A DNA stretch of 14,611 nt from Bdellovibrionales bacterium (GCA_037969075.1 JBBKWS010000140.1:1-14611); one strand, 5' to 3'; positions 1-6,927 are shown, counted from the first letter of the stretch. Program-made: numbers and translations. The notes: generated by a model not told the origin, from the letters alone.

Positions 1-186
1 CAAAGCCCACTGTATTTTGATTTAAAATCAAATCTTAGAGGAAACGATTTAAATTGGTCGACACTAACAAAAACTAAAAATACAGATCTAGTAAAGTCAT
101 CCTTTGGCCAACTCTACGGCGACCAAGTACCGCAGCAGTTACTTAGTGCGGTGTCGAATCACCCGTATGGGTATTCTTGCGAGTAG
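1..186 (+). CDS. 3' end of an unknown protein (5'-truncated by window), ending ...QLLSAVSNHPYGYSCE*
   Basis: Hand translation of frame +1 is open from base 1 to TAG at 184-186 (QSPLYFDLKSNLRGNDLNWSTLTKTKNTDLVKSSFGQLYGDQVPQQLLSAVSNHPYGYSCE). Not in the ORF track because the start lies outside the window. Confidence 0.7.
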   Translation, partial: QSPLYFDLKSNLRGNDLNWSTLTKTKNTDLVKSSFGQLYGDQVPQQLLSAVSNHPYGYSCE

Positions 187-187
187 G
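160..187 (+). repeat. 28-bp direct repeat, copy 1 (CACCCGTATGGGTATTCTTGCGAGTAGG)
   Basis: 27/28 identical to 2024-2051, first 23 nt exact. Covers the last 8 codons plus stop of the upstream CDS. Confidence 0.9.
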
Positions 188-243
188 CCTTTAAGGATTT
201 TATTAGTCGACAGTGAACAAATCATAGGTTAAAAATTTGGGTT

Positions 244-606
244 ATGTATAGTTTAGCAAATATCTTTGTTGGAATTGTGGCCGCCATCCATTTGTACTTT
301 CTTATACTAGAAATGTTTTTATGGACTAAACCTTTGGGATTAAAGACCTTTAGGTTATCACCGCAAAAAGCGAAAGACTCCGCAGTATTGGCCGCCAACC
401 AAGGCCTCTATAATGGTTTCTTATCTGCGGGTTTAGTTTGGGGCCTTCTTCATTCCAACCCAGCTTTCTCTAGTCAAATAAAGTCATTCTTTTTGGTGTG
501 CGTGACAGTGGCAGGTATTTACGGAGCAATCACTGTAAACAAACGAATCTTCTTTTTTCAGGCAATGCCAGCAATTGTAGGATTGATCTTTCTTACACTC
601 GGGTAA
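244..606 (+). CDS. DUF1304 family integral membrane protein
   Basis: Four hydrophobic segments and family-typical motifs H-x-YF-x-x-LEMF-x-W, NQGLYNGFL and FFFQA-x-PA. Confidence 0.9.
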   Translation: MYSLANIFVGIVAAIHLYFLILEMFLWTKPLGLKTFRLSPQKAKDSAVLAANQGLYNGFLSAGLVWGLLHSNPAFSSQIKSFFLVCVTVAGIYGAITVNKRIFFFQAMPAIVGLIFLTLG

Positions 607-616
607 CATTAATTAA

Positions 617-629
617 CAAATTATTGATT
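617..629 (-). promoter_or_regulatory. Possible IHF-type binding site
   Basis: Minus strand AATCAATAATTTG matches the consensus WATCAANNNNTTR. Chance matches are common in AT-rich DNA. Confidence 0.25.
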
Positions 630-708
630 GATAAGTGAGGTTTTGGCTATAGGATACGTGGTCTAAGTCCGTGTCTTTATTAATTCTTTTTGTAGGTGCT
701 ATCTAAAA

Positions 709-770
709 ATGACTAATATAGTCATCATTATGTATAATATACTATACATATAGTTTGAATAACTATACAT
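709..770 (+). promoter_or_regulatory. Operator/promoter region with three adjacent inverted repeats upstream of the XRE gene
   Basis: ATGACTA-N3-TAGTCAT (709-725), TATGTATA-N6-TATACATA (729-750) and TATAGTT-N5-AACTATA (749-767). ACTATACAT is repeated at 741 and 762. Perfect TATAAT at 733-738. Confidence 0.7.
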
Positions 771-777
771 TTTTTTT

Positions 778-1017
778 ATGAACTTAAAGAGCGGAAGACT
801 TAAAATACAGTCGCGACTTCATATTTTAAGAGCAGAAAAAAGACTTACACAAGAAGAGTTGGCTCTAGCTATTGGTGTTACTAGAGGCACTATTATAGCT
901 ATTGAGAAAGGAAACTATAACCCAACCCTTGAGCTTGTTTTTAAGCTTAGTCTTTATTTTAAGGTAGATATTCAAAATATATTTTTTATTGAAGAGGATA
1001 AAAATGAAAAAATTTAA
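778..1017 (+). CDS. XRE/Cro-C1 family helix-turn-helix transcriptional regulator
   Basis: LTQEELALAIGVTRGTIIAIEKGNYNPTLEL is a typical HTH_3 signature. 79 aa. Confidence 0.95.
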   Translation: MNLKSGRLKIQSRLHILRAEKRLTQEELALAIGVTRGTIIAIEKGNYNPTLELVFKLSLYFKVDIQNIFFIEEDKNEKI

Positions 1018-1591
1018 TAAAATAGCAATTATTTACTTCTTAGTGTTCTTACCATTTTTAGCTCTAGGAATGGCTATGGACGCAGGAGATGCTTTTTTTA
1101 CAAATGCAAAAACAGATTCGATGATGAGTTTTTTGAACGGTCTAGTTGGGCTTACGTTCGGGTTATGGATAGTATCAGCAATTTATTTGAGTTTAGCGCT
1201 TGTAATTTCCGAGCAATTTAGAGAACAACTTTTGAGTAAAATCATTCGCATCAAAGAGAGAGACGAGAGAGAATCTGTTTCTGTAGGTATCATTAGTAAA
1301 AAAGTATTTTTATCTTCAATTACTATTACTGTTCTTTTGCTTGTATTATCTTTGCTTCAAATTAATCTTCAAAAAATACCTACCGAGCAACAGATAGATA
1401 ATAAAGGCCATACTATTTCATTAGGCCTTAAATTTTCTATGTGGGAAGAACCAGTTATAAAGAAAGAATCTAGCCCACTTTACTATTACGATTTCCCTTT
1501 TAGTGCGCAAGGAATTCTTATTTTGATACTTATATGGAATCTACTGACTTTCCATTTCTATTCTAGAAACTTAAACACAGAGGAGGGGTAA
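1004..1591 (+). CDS. Multi-pass membrane protein coupled to the XRE gene (DERE-motif type)
   Basis: About four hydrophobic helices and an ERDERE motif between helices, as in DUF2178/DUF3796-like XRE partners. ATG 1004 preferred over TTG 989 because GAGGA lies upstream. Overlaps the XRE stop. Confidence 0.75.
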   Translation: MKKFNKIAIIYFLVFLPFLALGMAMDAGDAFFTNAKTDSMMSFLNGLVGLTFGLWIVSAIYLSLALVISEQFREQLLSKIIRIKERDERESVSVGIISKKVFLSSITITVLLLVLSLLQINLQKIPTEQQIDNKGHTISLGLKFSMWEEPVIKKESSPLYYYDFPFSAQGILILILIWNLLTFHFYSRNLNTEEG

Positions 1592-1592
1592 T

Positions 1593-1979
1593 ATGAAGAT
1601 ATTAATTTTAATAGGTATATGGTTGTTCGCTTATACGGCAGATGCATCAGAAATACGAATGTATCATAATTTAGTTTATGTAGATTCGATTCATGCAGAT
1701 ATGGCTACAGCTATAGTTGATAAGCCTAACGATGAAATTTGGATACGTTCGCATGTAAATAGTAAAAATTTTCTATTTCAGTGCCTAACTACTAGAAATA
1801 TTCTAGCGAATTATTTTTCTGATGAAACTTTGCTAACATTGCCATATGAAAAGTTATTCGAAAAACTATCAAAAGAAAATGCAATTTTTAATTGTAATGC
1901 TAGGTCAAATCCGTTTTATATAAACTACCAAGGCAAGAAGGTACTGCTTTATTCTGGAGTTCTAATTTTGAATAATTAA
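1593..1979 (+). CDS. Hypothetical secreted protein
   Basis: Strong SD (GGAGG) and start 1 nt after the previous stop. Signal peptide MKILILIGIWLFAYTADA with an A-x-A site. Two Cys. Confidence 0.75.
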   Translation: MKILILIGIWLFAYTADASEIRMYHNLVYVDSIHADMATAIVDKPNDEIWIRSHVNSKNFLFQCLTTRNILANYFSDETLLTLPYEKLFEKLSKENAIFNCNARSNPFYINYQGKKVLLYSGVLILNN

Positions 1980-2023
1980 TCCTGGCTAGAGACCCGGGCA
2001 TGATAAGTAAAATATTGGCAAGC

Positions 2024-2051
2024 CACCCGTATGGGTATTCTTGCGAATAGG
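2024..2051 (+). repeat. 28-bp direct repeat, copy 2 (CACCCGTATGGGTATTCTTGCGAATAGG)
   Basis: Intergenic copy of 160-187. The single mismatch is synonymous (GAG/GAA). It ends a 16-codon mini-ORF 2000-2050, MISKILASHPYGYSCE*. Confidence 0.9.
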
Positions 2052-2055
2052 TAGT

Positions 2056-2084
2056 TTGACAAGAACTCTTATGGGTATTAGCTT
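2056..2084 (+). promoter_or_regulatory. Sigma70-type promoter for the lipoprotein gene
   Basis: TTGACA (2056-2061), 17 nt, TAGCTT (2079-2084), 6 nt, ATG at 2091. Confidence 0.6.
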
Positions 2085-2090
2085 TGAATG

Positions 2091-2585
2091 ATGTATAAAA
2101 CTTTAATCGCACTTTCTCTATTCTTGAGTGGTTGTCCAGCACCTAATAGCTACAACATACAACCAGACAAAAAGTTTCCCTTTAACCAGATGTTAAGTTA
2201 CCCAGTTGTTTTTAGAGTAAATTGTAATTTCAAAATTGCTGATGGACTTGAAATGACTATCGAAAATCAATCTGAAGAAATCATTAAAATCACTAAAGAT
2301 GACTTCATTTTTATTGTGGAAGATGAGAGTTCAAAGAATTTTAACGCCAGAAAATGGATTTTTTCTAAACAGGATAAACTGAGTGCAGCAAAAGCAGGAA
2401 ATCCTTCCTTTAGTTCTACTGGATATAACGACAATGATAAAACTTTAGAACTTGCAAAAGATGAGTATGCATTGCTTAAGTTCGAACTCCCATCATTGGT
2501 ACTTAAAGATAAAGACTATAGTATTCAGCTACAAAAACCTAAGAGCACATCAGTCTTATTTAAGGTGAGATGTAATAATCATTAA
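2091..2585 (+). CDS. Hypothetical lipoprotein, beta-rich (Ig-like, possibly DUF4352-like)
   Basis: MYKTLIALSLFLSGC with canonical lipobox LSGC. Alternating beta-strand pattern (LEMTIENQS..I.I...DF). Alternative start 2088. Confidence 0.75.
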   Translation: MYKTLIALSLFLSGCPAPNSYNIQPDKKFPFNQMLSYPVVFRVNCNFKIADGLEMTIENQSEEIIKITKDDFIFIVEDESSKNFNARKWIFSKQDKLSAAKAGNPSFSSTGYNDNDKTLELAKDEYALLKFELPSLVLKDKDYSIQLQKPKSTSVLFKVRCNNH

Positions 2586-2737
2586 CACTGATTTAAAAAT
2601 CATCCAGTGGTAAGTAAATCATTAGCCACTCTGTACCAATACGAGACGGGTCTAGACCTTGGTTCAAGGTTGCATAATTACATAAACTAATCAGAAAGCA
2701 TGCTGCGCTAATTTGTTGGTTTTAGACTAACAAATTC

Positions 2738-2764
2738 TTAATCTTAGCTCTTCATTTCCGATAG
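2738..2764 (+). promoter_or_regulatory. Sigma28 (FliA)-type promoter
   Basis: TTAA-N15-TCCGATAG versus consensus TAAA-N15-GCCGATAA, followed by SD AGGAG and ATG 2782. Confidence 0.6.
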
Positions 2765-2781
2765 GTTATATAGGAGATCAC

Positions 2782-3435
2782 ATGAGCGCAATTGCACGTT
2801 ATAAGAAAAAAGGTGGGTTCATTCAACTTTTAGAGCTAATCGAAACCAGTGGGGTTTCTAAGCAAGAAAAGTTTCTAGCCTTAATCCAAGCCGAATCTCC
2901 TGCCTGGGCAAAAGCCATTCGAGAAAAGATGTTATCGATAGACAAGATATTTTCCACAAGTGATGAAGTGATTAAAGAGATCTTTACGGACCTAAGAGAT
3001 TTAACCATTGCTACAGCTAGCTTTGGATTTGGAGCTGAGAAGTTGGCGAAAGTAATGAAAAACCTAAGCCATACAAAGCAAAGAAAAGTGCAAGAGCAGA
3101 TTGATCTAATTAAACCTGGTGACGGTGAGATTACAACTTCATACATACAAATATTTGCTGAGATTAGAAAAATGTCTCAACAAAATCGCAATTTACTTTT
3201 AATGATAGACCCCAGCTTAGTGATCTCTGAAACTCTAGAGAACGAACTTTTGGGTGTAGAGACTGTCAATGTAGCACCAGAGATAGTTGAAAACAGAGTG
3301 CACTCTGATAATGATGACGAGGTATTTAGACTTCGTCGAATTATTAAGAGTACACAGGACGAGTTAGATAAAATAAAAACGCAGAATTTGGATCTGCGCT
3401 CTAAGCTTGAGAAGATTCAAAAATTAGTTAGCTGA
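2782..3435 (+). CDS. FliG C-terminal-domain-like protein with C-terminal coiled coil
   Basis: The pattern AKAIREKMLSIDKIF...D.VIKEIF...A....EKLAKVMKNLS resembles the FliG helix-MFxF-ARM region. C-terminal heptads LDKIKTQNLDLRSKLEKIQKL. Recognised from memory, not from a search. Confidence 0.6.
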   Translation: MSAIARYKKKGGFIQLLELIETSGVSKQEKFLALIQAESPAWAKAIREKMLSIDKIFSTSDEVIKEIFTDLRDLTIATASFGFGAEKLAKVMKNLSHTKQRKVQEQIDLIKPGDGEITTSYIQIFAEIRKMSQQNRNLLLMIDPSLVISETLENELLGVETVNVAPEIVENRVHSDNDDEVFRLRRIIKSTQDELDKIKTQNLDLRSKLEKIQKLVS

Positions 3436-3861
3436 TACTTTTGAGGCTTTCTTTTTTCTAGTGCCAGACTTCTTACTAACTTTTTTAGTTGCTTTCTTTT
3501 TGCTGAACTTCTTCTTGATGGTTTTTTTTGCTTTTGTTTTCTCTTGCTTGATATACTTTTCAAGACGGCCTTGGATTTTATGTAGCTCTTTTTTTTGCGT
3601 ATCAATATATGATTGCGCTTTTTTGATTTCACCAAGTACGGTTTTGTTTAGTAAAGTCTCAATATCTTTTTTCTCTTTAAGAAATCTTTTTTTAACTTTA
3701 GTTAGATCCTGCTCAACCGTCGTTGTTAAGTCACTTTGTAAGTTATGAATCAAATTCTTAACATTTTCTTGTGCTTTTTGTAGATTATCAATAGGAACGT
3801 AGTTAGACAGATTTGATAAAATTTTATCCCATGAAGCTTTTAATTCTTTAACACCAGGCAT
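3424..3861 (-). CDS. Hypothetical helical protein with histone-H1-like Lys-rich C-terminal tail
   Basis: SD GGGAGG. Amphipathic/coiled-coil body and tail KTKAKKTIKKKFSKKKATKKVSKKSGTRKKKASK. Confidence 0.8.
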   Translation of the reverse strand: MPGVKELKASWDKILSNLSNYVPIDNLQKAQENVKNLIHNLQSDLTTTVEQDLTKVKKRFLKEKKDIETLLNKTVLGEIKKAQSYIDTQKKELHKIQGRLEKYIKQEKTKAKKTIKKKFSKKKATKKVSKKSGTRKKKASKVSAN

Positions 3862-3885
3862 TTGTACCTCCCTTTAGGTGGGCCT

Positions 3886-3926
3886 ATAATAATGAACTAA
3901 AGTTAGTTTTGCAAGGCAAATTCCAA
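3886..3926 (-). promoter_or_regulatory. Overlapping sigma70-like and sigma54-like promoter candidates
   Basis: TTGCAA (3914-3909), 17 nt, TATTAT (3891-3886). Also TGGAATTTGCCTTGCA (3925-3910), a GG-N10-GC pattern. Confidence 0.5.
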
Positions 3927-3927
3927 G

Positions 3928-4560
3928 CTATTGCACAATCATAATGTGTCCCCATACTTCAGTTAGTAAAAGTGGTATTTTGTACTCCTTATAACGATCC
4001 ATAATTTTAGGGTGCGGATGATTGTATCTAGCACGTCTTGCACTCACAATTCCCATTTTGATGCTATGCAAATGAGAGAGTAAATACTTAGAGCTACTCG
4101 TCTTGCTGCCATGATGTGGTAAAATGATGATTCTAGGATTTTGAATTAGATGAGCCCATTTTTTTTCAGCCCTAACTGTACTATCTCCTGTGAAAAGGAT
4201 GCCGTTTAAATAGTGAATGGTTGAATTTGAGTTTTTGTCCTTAAATCTTTTTGTAAAGTATAAGACCCTCAGGGGAGGATGAACTTCCTCAATTAGACTT
4301 TTAAAGCGTTTGAGCTTATATAAAAAATTATAGTGATCTTTGTCCCAATGGCTAATCTGAACGTAGTTTACTTTTTGTTTGCACCATTTCTCAACGGGTT
4401 TAGGATAAATTTCACCACCGGCATCAATATGCATACAATACTGAGGAGTTACATAGGTTGTCCATTGCCCTTGGCCTACATTCCAAACAACTAAAAATGG
4501 CAGAAAGTTAGGGTTAAGTCTACTAGGGCTTAATAGTAGTAATAAAATTACGATTCGCAT
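3928..4560 (-). CDS. Stand-alone ComEC-type metallo-beta-lactamase-fold nuclease domain
   Basis: Motifs NVGQG, IDAG, SHWDKDH, N-S-N-S, LFTGD, PHHGSKTSS and Y-N-HPH match the ComEC/Rec2 C-terminal domain. Confidence 0.85.
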   Translation of the reverse strand: MRIVILLLLLSPSRLNPNFLPFLVVWNVGQGQWTTYVTPQYCMHIDAGGEIYPKPVEKWCKQKVNYVQISHWDKDHYNFLYKLKRFKSLIEEVHPPLRVLYFTKRFKDKNSNSTIHYLNGILFTGDSTVRAEKKWAHLIQNPRIIILPHHGSKTSSSKYLLSHLHSIKMGIVSARRARYNHPHPKIMDRYKEYKIPLLLTEVWGHIMIVQ

Positions 4561-5380
4561 AAAAATTATTTTTTCCTAATATCCAAAGTACTAAGATGTA
4601 TGACCAAAATATTGTTGGTGAATACGTCATTGTATAATCAGACTGGGTTTGTAAGTAAAAACTGATTTGGTGCAATATTTTAATAAGTAGGGTCCATAAC
4701 AAATCTACGCCAATGTATAAGTTAGGGATAAAGTAGGCCAAGGCACTTAGAGGAAACAAAAGAACCCCTAATACAGGTCCTAAGCTAACATTGATCAACA
4801 CACTAAAGGGGTGATAGTTTCCAAGGAGTAGAAGGGCTGGGAATAGTACGATGTAGACCCATAAGTTAGGATGTCTACTTGTAAGACTTAGTGCAAAAGC
4901 ACACAGGATAGAGAGTTGAAATGATAGGGATTCTATCCAATTTGGAAATAAACAAATACAGAGAAATATTGTAATAAAATGTCTGTGCCACGAAGACCAC
5001 TGCAAATGTCGTTTTTGATTTATGTGGTTAAGACCGATAAATATATATGCTCGCACTATCGGTGGCTCTAAGAGACATATAAATGAATATATCAGACAGA
5101 GAAACATAATTATTGAATCGTTAATTTTTATGCGTTTAGAGATAGATGCGACTAAAAGTAAGTGAGAGCCAGAAACTACTAATAGGTGAAGAAGGCCAGT
5201 GGTGGCAAATAGATTGCTAAGGGTCGCTGAATCTAAGTTTTCGCCACAGACAATGCCTTTATAGAGCTGAATATGCTGTGATGGAGGGCTGCTAGATACA
5301 CACAATTGGTGAAGTAGCGGGCTAAAGTACTTAATCTTATTTTCAATAACTATGCAGACAAGGCTAACTATAAAAGGCAT
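4523..5380 (-). CDS. comEC: ComEC/Rec2 competence (membrane channel) domain protein
   Basis: F..TGLLHLLVVSGSH, PPIVRA, SLSFQLS, P.SVLIN and many transmembrane segments. Confidence 0.9.
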   Translation of the reverse strand: MPFIVSLVCIVIENKIKYFSPLLHQLCVSSSPPSQHIQLYKGIVCGENLDSATLSNLFATTGLLHLLVVSGSHLLLVASISKRIKINDSIIMFLCLIYSFICLLEPPIVRAYIFIGLNHINQKRHLQWSSWHRHFITIFLCICLFPNWIESLSFQLSILCAFALSLTSRHPNLWVYIVLFPALLLLGNYHPFSVLINVSLGPVLGVLLFPLSALAYFIPNLYIGVDLLWTLLIKILHQISFYLQTQSDYTMTYSPTIFWSYILVLWILGKNNFYANRNFITTIKP

Positions 5381-5392
5381 ATGGCAGATCTA

Positions 5393-5408
5393 TGCAAAAG
5401 ATCGACCA
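5393..5408 (-). promoter_or_regulatory. Sigma54-type (-24/-12) promoter candidate for comEC
   Basis: TGGTCGATCTTTTGCA with exact GG-N10-GC spacing, 12 nt upstream of ATG 5380. Confidence 0.55.
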
Positions 5409-5454
5409 GGTATGAGAACTAATTAGTTAGGTGAATATAAGTTTTGGTGTCCGG

Positions 5455-5724
5455 TTATTTACACTGATAAGCGTATCCGCTAACAATTTCGTTAAAACCT
5501 ACATTGTTAGGGCCAGAGCTTTGGATGTGTGTCGCTCCCATAAGACTAGCGGCATCGCGCAAATCTTTTTGCCAGTTTTTAGTGTCTTTTGTTTCGACCA
5601 CTCCTAGAAACTTACAAAGACTTAGATCGTTAGGAGAGTTAATGTAAATACTCCTAGAGCTAGTTTCGATGCTTGCTGTGGTACAGCCGGCTAGAATCAG
5701 TAATACTATAAATAATCTTTTCAT
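5455..5724 (-). CDS. Small lipoprotein, DUF4156-like
   Basis: Lipobox LAGC. CKFLGVV...DLRDAASLMGATH...GYAYQC pattern. Confidence 0.75.
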   Translation of the reverse strand: MKRLFIVLLILAGCTTASIETSSRSIYINSPNDLSLCKFLGVVETKDTKNWQKDLRDAASLMGATHIQSSGPNNVGFNEIVSGYAYQCK

Positions 5725-5798
5725 ATGCTTCTATTGTCTTAGGATTCCCAGGATAGTCAATAGTTGTTGAAAATATAAACAAAAAAATGTTTCTATAT

Positions 5799-5814
5799 TG
5801 GATTCAGAATTGCG
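5799..5814 (+). promoter_or_regulatory. Sigma54-type promoter candidate for the Ppx/GppA-like gene
   Basis: TGGATTCAGAATTGCG, GG-N10-GC. Confidence 0.45.
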
Positions 5815-5883
5815 AAGAAATGATTAAAAATTAACATGGTTAAGTCGAATTATGTCTTCTATGATATTTTTATAGGAGATCTG

Positions 5884-6927
5884 ATGAAATACCTTATACT
5901 ATTACTCATTTTTGCAACAGCATGTGCCACAAATACAAACACTGTGCTTGCTCCAACACCGCCTGTCGCTCTTAAGCCAGAGTGTATTTCAAAAAGGGCA
6001 GCATTTGATATTGGATCTGGAGAAACTAGGTTGAATGTATCAAAGGTTGATATTTGTAACCACAGAATCATTGTCACTGAGCTAGAGCTGGCAGAAAAAG
6101 TTCCATATAAAGAATCCATGGGAAAAGGAAAGTACCTTGGGCAAAGTGCGATGCAGGCTGGCTTTAAAGTTTTGCAAACAATGAAGAGCGAGGCACAAAA
6201 ATTCTCACCAGATTCTTATTTAGCAGTTGCTACAGCTTCTTTTAGAGAAGCTAGAAACGGAGAAACCTTTATTGATGAAGTTAATAAGGGATTAAAAATC
6301 AATGCTAAAATTATTACGCAAAAAGAAGAGGGCAATATTGGTTACTATGCGGCTCTTGCCGCAGTGAAACCATCCAAAAAGGATTTTGTGGTTTGGGACA
6401 TAGGTGGCAGTTCACAACAGATTGTTACAAAAGACGGTAGTGGCAACTTTATTGATTATGAGGGAACGTTAGCCTCAGTATCATTTAAGAATAGAGTCTT
6501 ATCAGAGATCAAGAATCAAAAGAAAAAATCACCGAATCCTTTAACTGCAAAAGAAATGCAAGATTCTATTGAGATGTCGCAAGGTTTCGCGGTTAAAGAT
6601 GTGCCAGCGCAAATCAAGGCCATTTTGGCAAAGCCTGATGTTGAAGTGGTTGGTATTGGTGGTGTGCACTATTATAGCGTGCTTAAGCAATCAAAACCCG
6701 CCTCAGGCAGCAATATGATTACCAGAGAAGAAGTTGGCGCTACAGCGATTGATTTAGTCGGTAAAGACGATGCGTATTTTAGTAATCAGAAACATGTGGA
6801 TACCACAATTACAAATGTTGCTCTTGTATATGGATTTATGCGAGGTTTAGAGATTAATGCTATTGAAATTTATAATGTGAATTTATCACATGGGGTTTTA
6901 GTTCACCCCAACCTTTGGAAAAAGTAG
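5884..6927 (+). CDS. Ppx/GppA-family (ASKHA fold) phosphatase, probable lipoprotein
   Basis: FDIGSG, VATASFR, EEG, WDIGGSS and GIGG motifs. ATG 5884 preferred over 5836 because of SD AGGAG and signal peptide MKYLILLLIFATAC. Confidence 0.85.
   Translation: MKYLILLLIFATACATNTNTVLAPTPPVALKPECISKRAAFDIGSGETRLNVSKVDICNHRIIVTELELAEKVPYKESMGKGKYLGQSAMQAGFKVLQTMKSEAQKFSPDSYLAVATASFREARNGETFIDEVNKGLKINAKIITQKEEGNIGYYAALAAVKPSKKDFVVWDIGGSSQQIVTKDGSGNFIDYEGTLASVSFKNRVLSEIKNQKKKSPNPLTAKEMQDSIEMSQGFAVKDVPAQIKAILAKPDVEVVGIGGVHYYSVLKQSKPASGSNMITREEVGATAIDLVGKDDAYFSNQKHVDTTITNVALVYGFMRGLEINAIEIYNVNLSHGVLVHPNLWKK

Noticed and set aside
186..700. Integron attC sites around DUF1304 (GTTATGT at the start, AATTAAC after the stop)
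   Set aside because: No paired RYYYAAC/GTTRRRY boxes with a long imperfect hairpin could be built.
160..2051. CRISPR interpretation of the 28-bp repeat
   Set aside because: Only two copies, 1.86 kb apart with genes between them, and no cas genes.
2070..2079. Third partial repeat copy TATGGGTATT
   Set aside because: Only 10 nt and inside a promoter spacer, so it may be chance.
1900..2142. 80-aa minus-strand ORF
   Set aside because: Overlaps two better-supported plus-strand genes and has no recognisable features.
2659..2675. Sigma54-like TTGGTTCAAGGTTGCA
   Set aside because: GG-to-GC spacing is 9 nt rather than the required 10.
2823..3748. Shadow ORFs 2823-3146, 3417-3635 and 3461-3748
   Set aside because: Antisense or alternate-frame products of real genes, favoured by low-complexity Lys codons.
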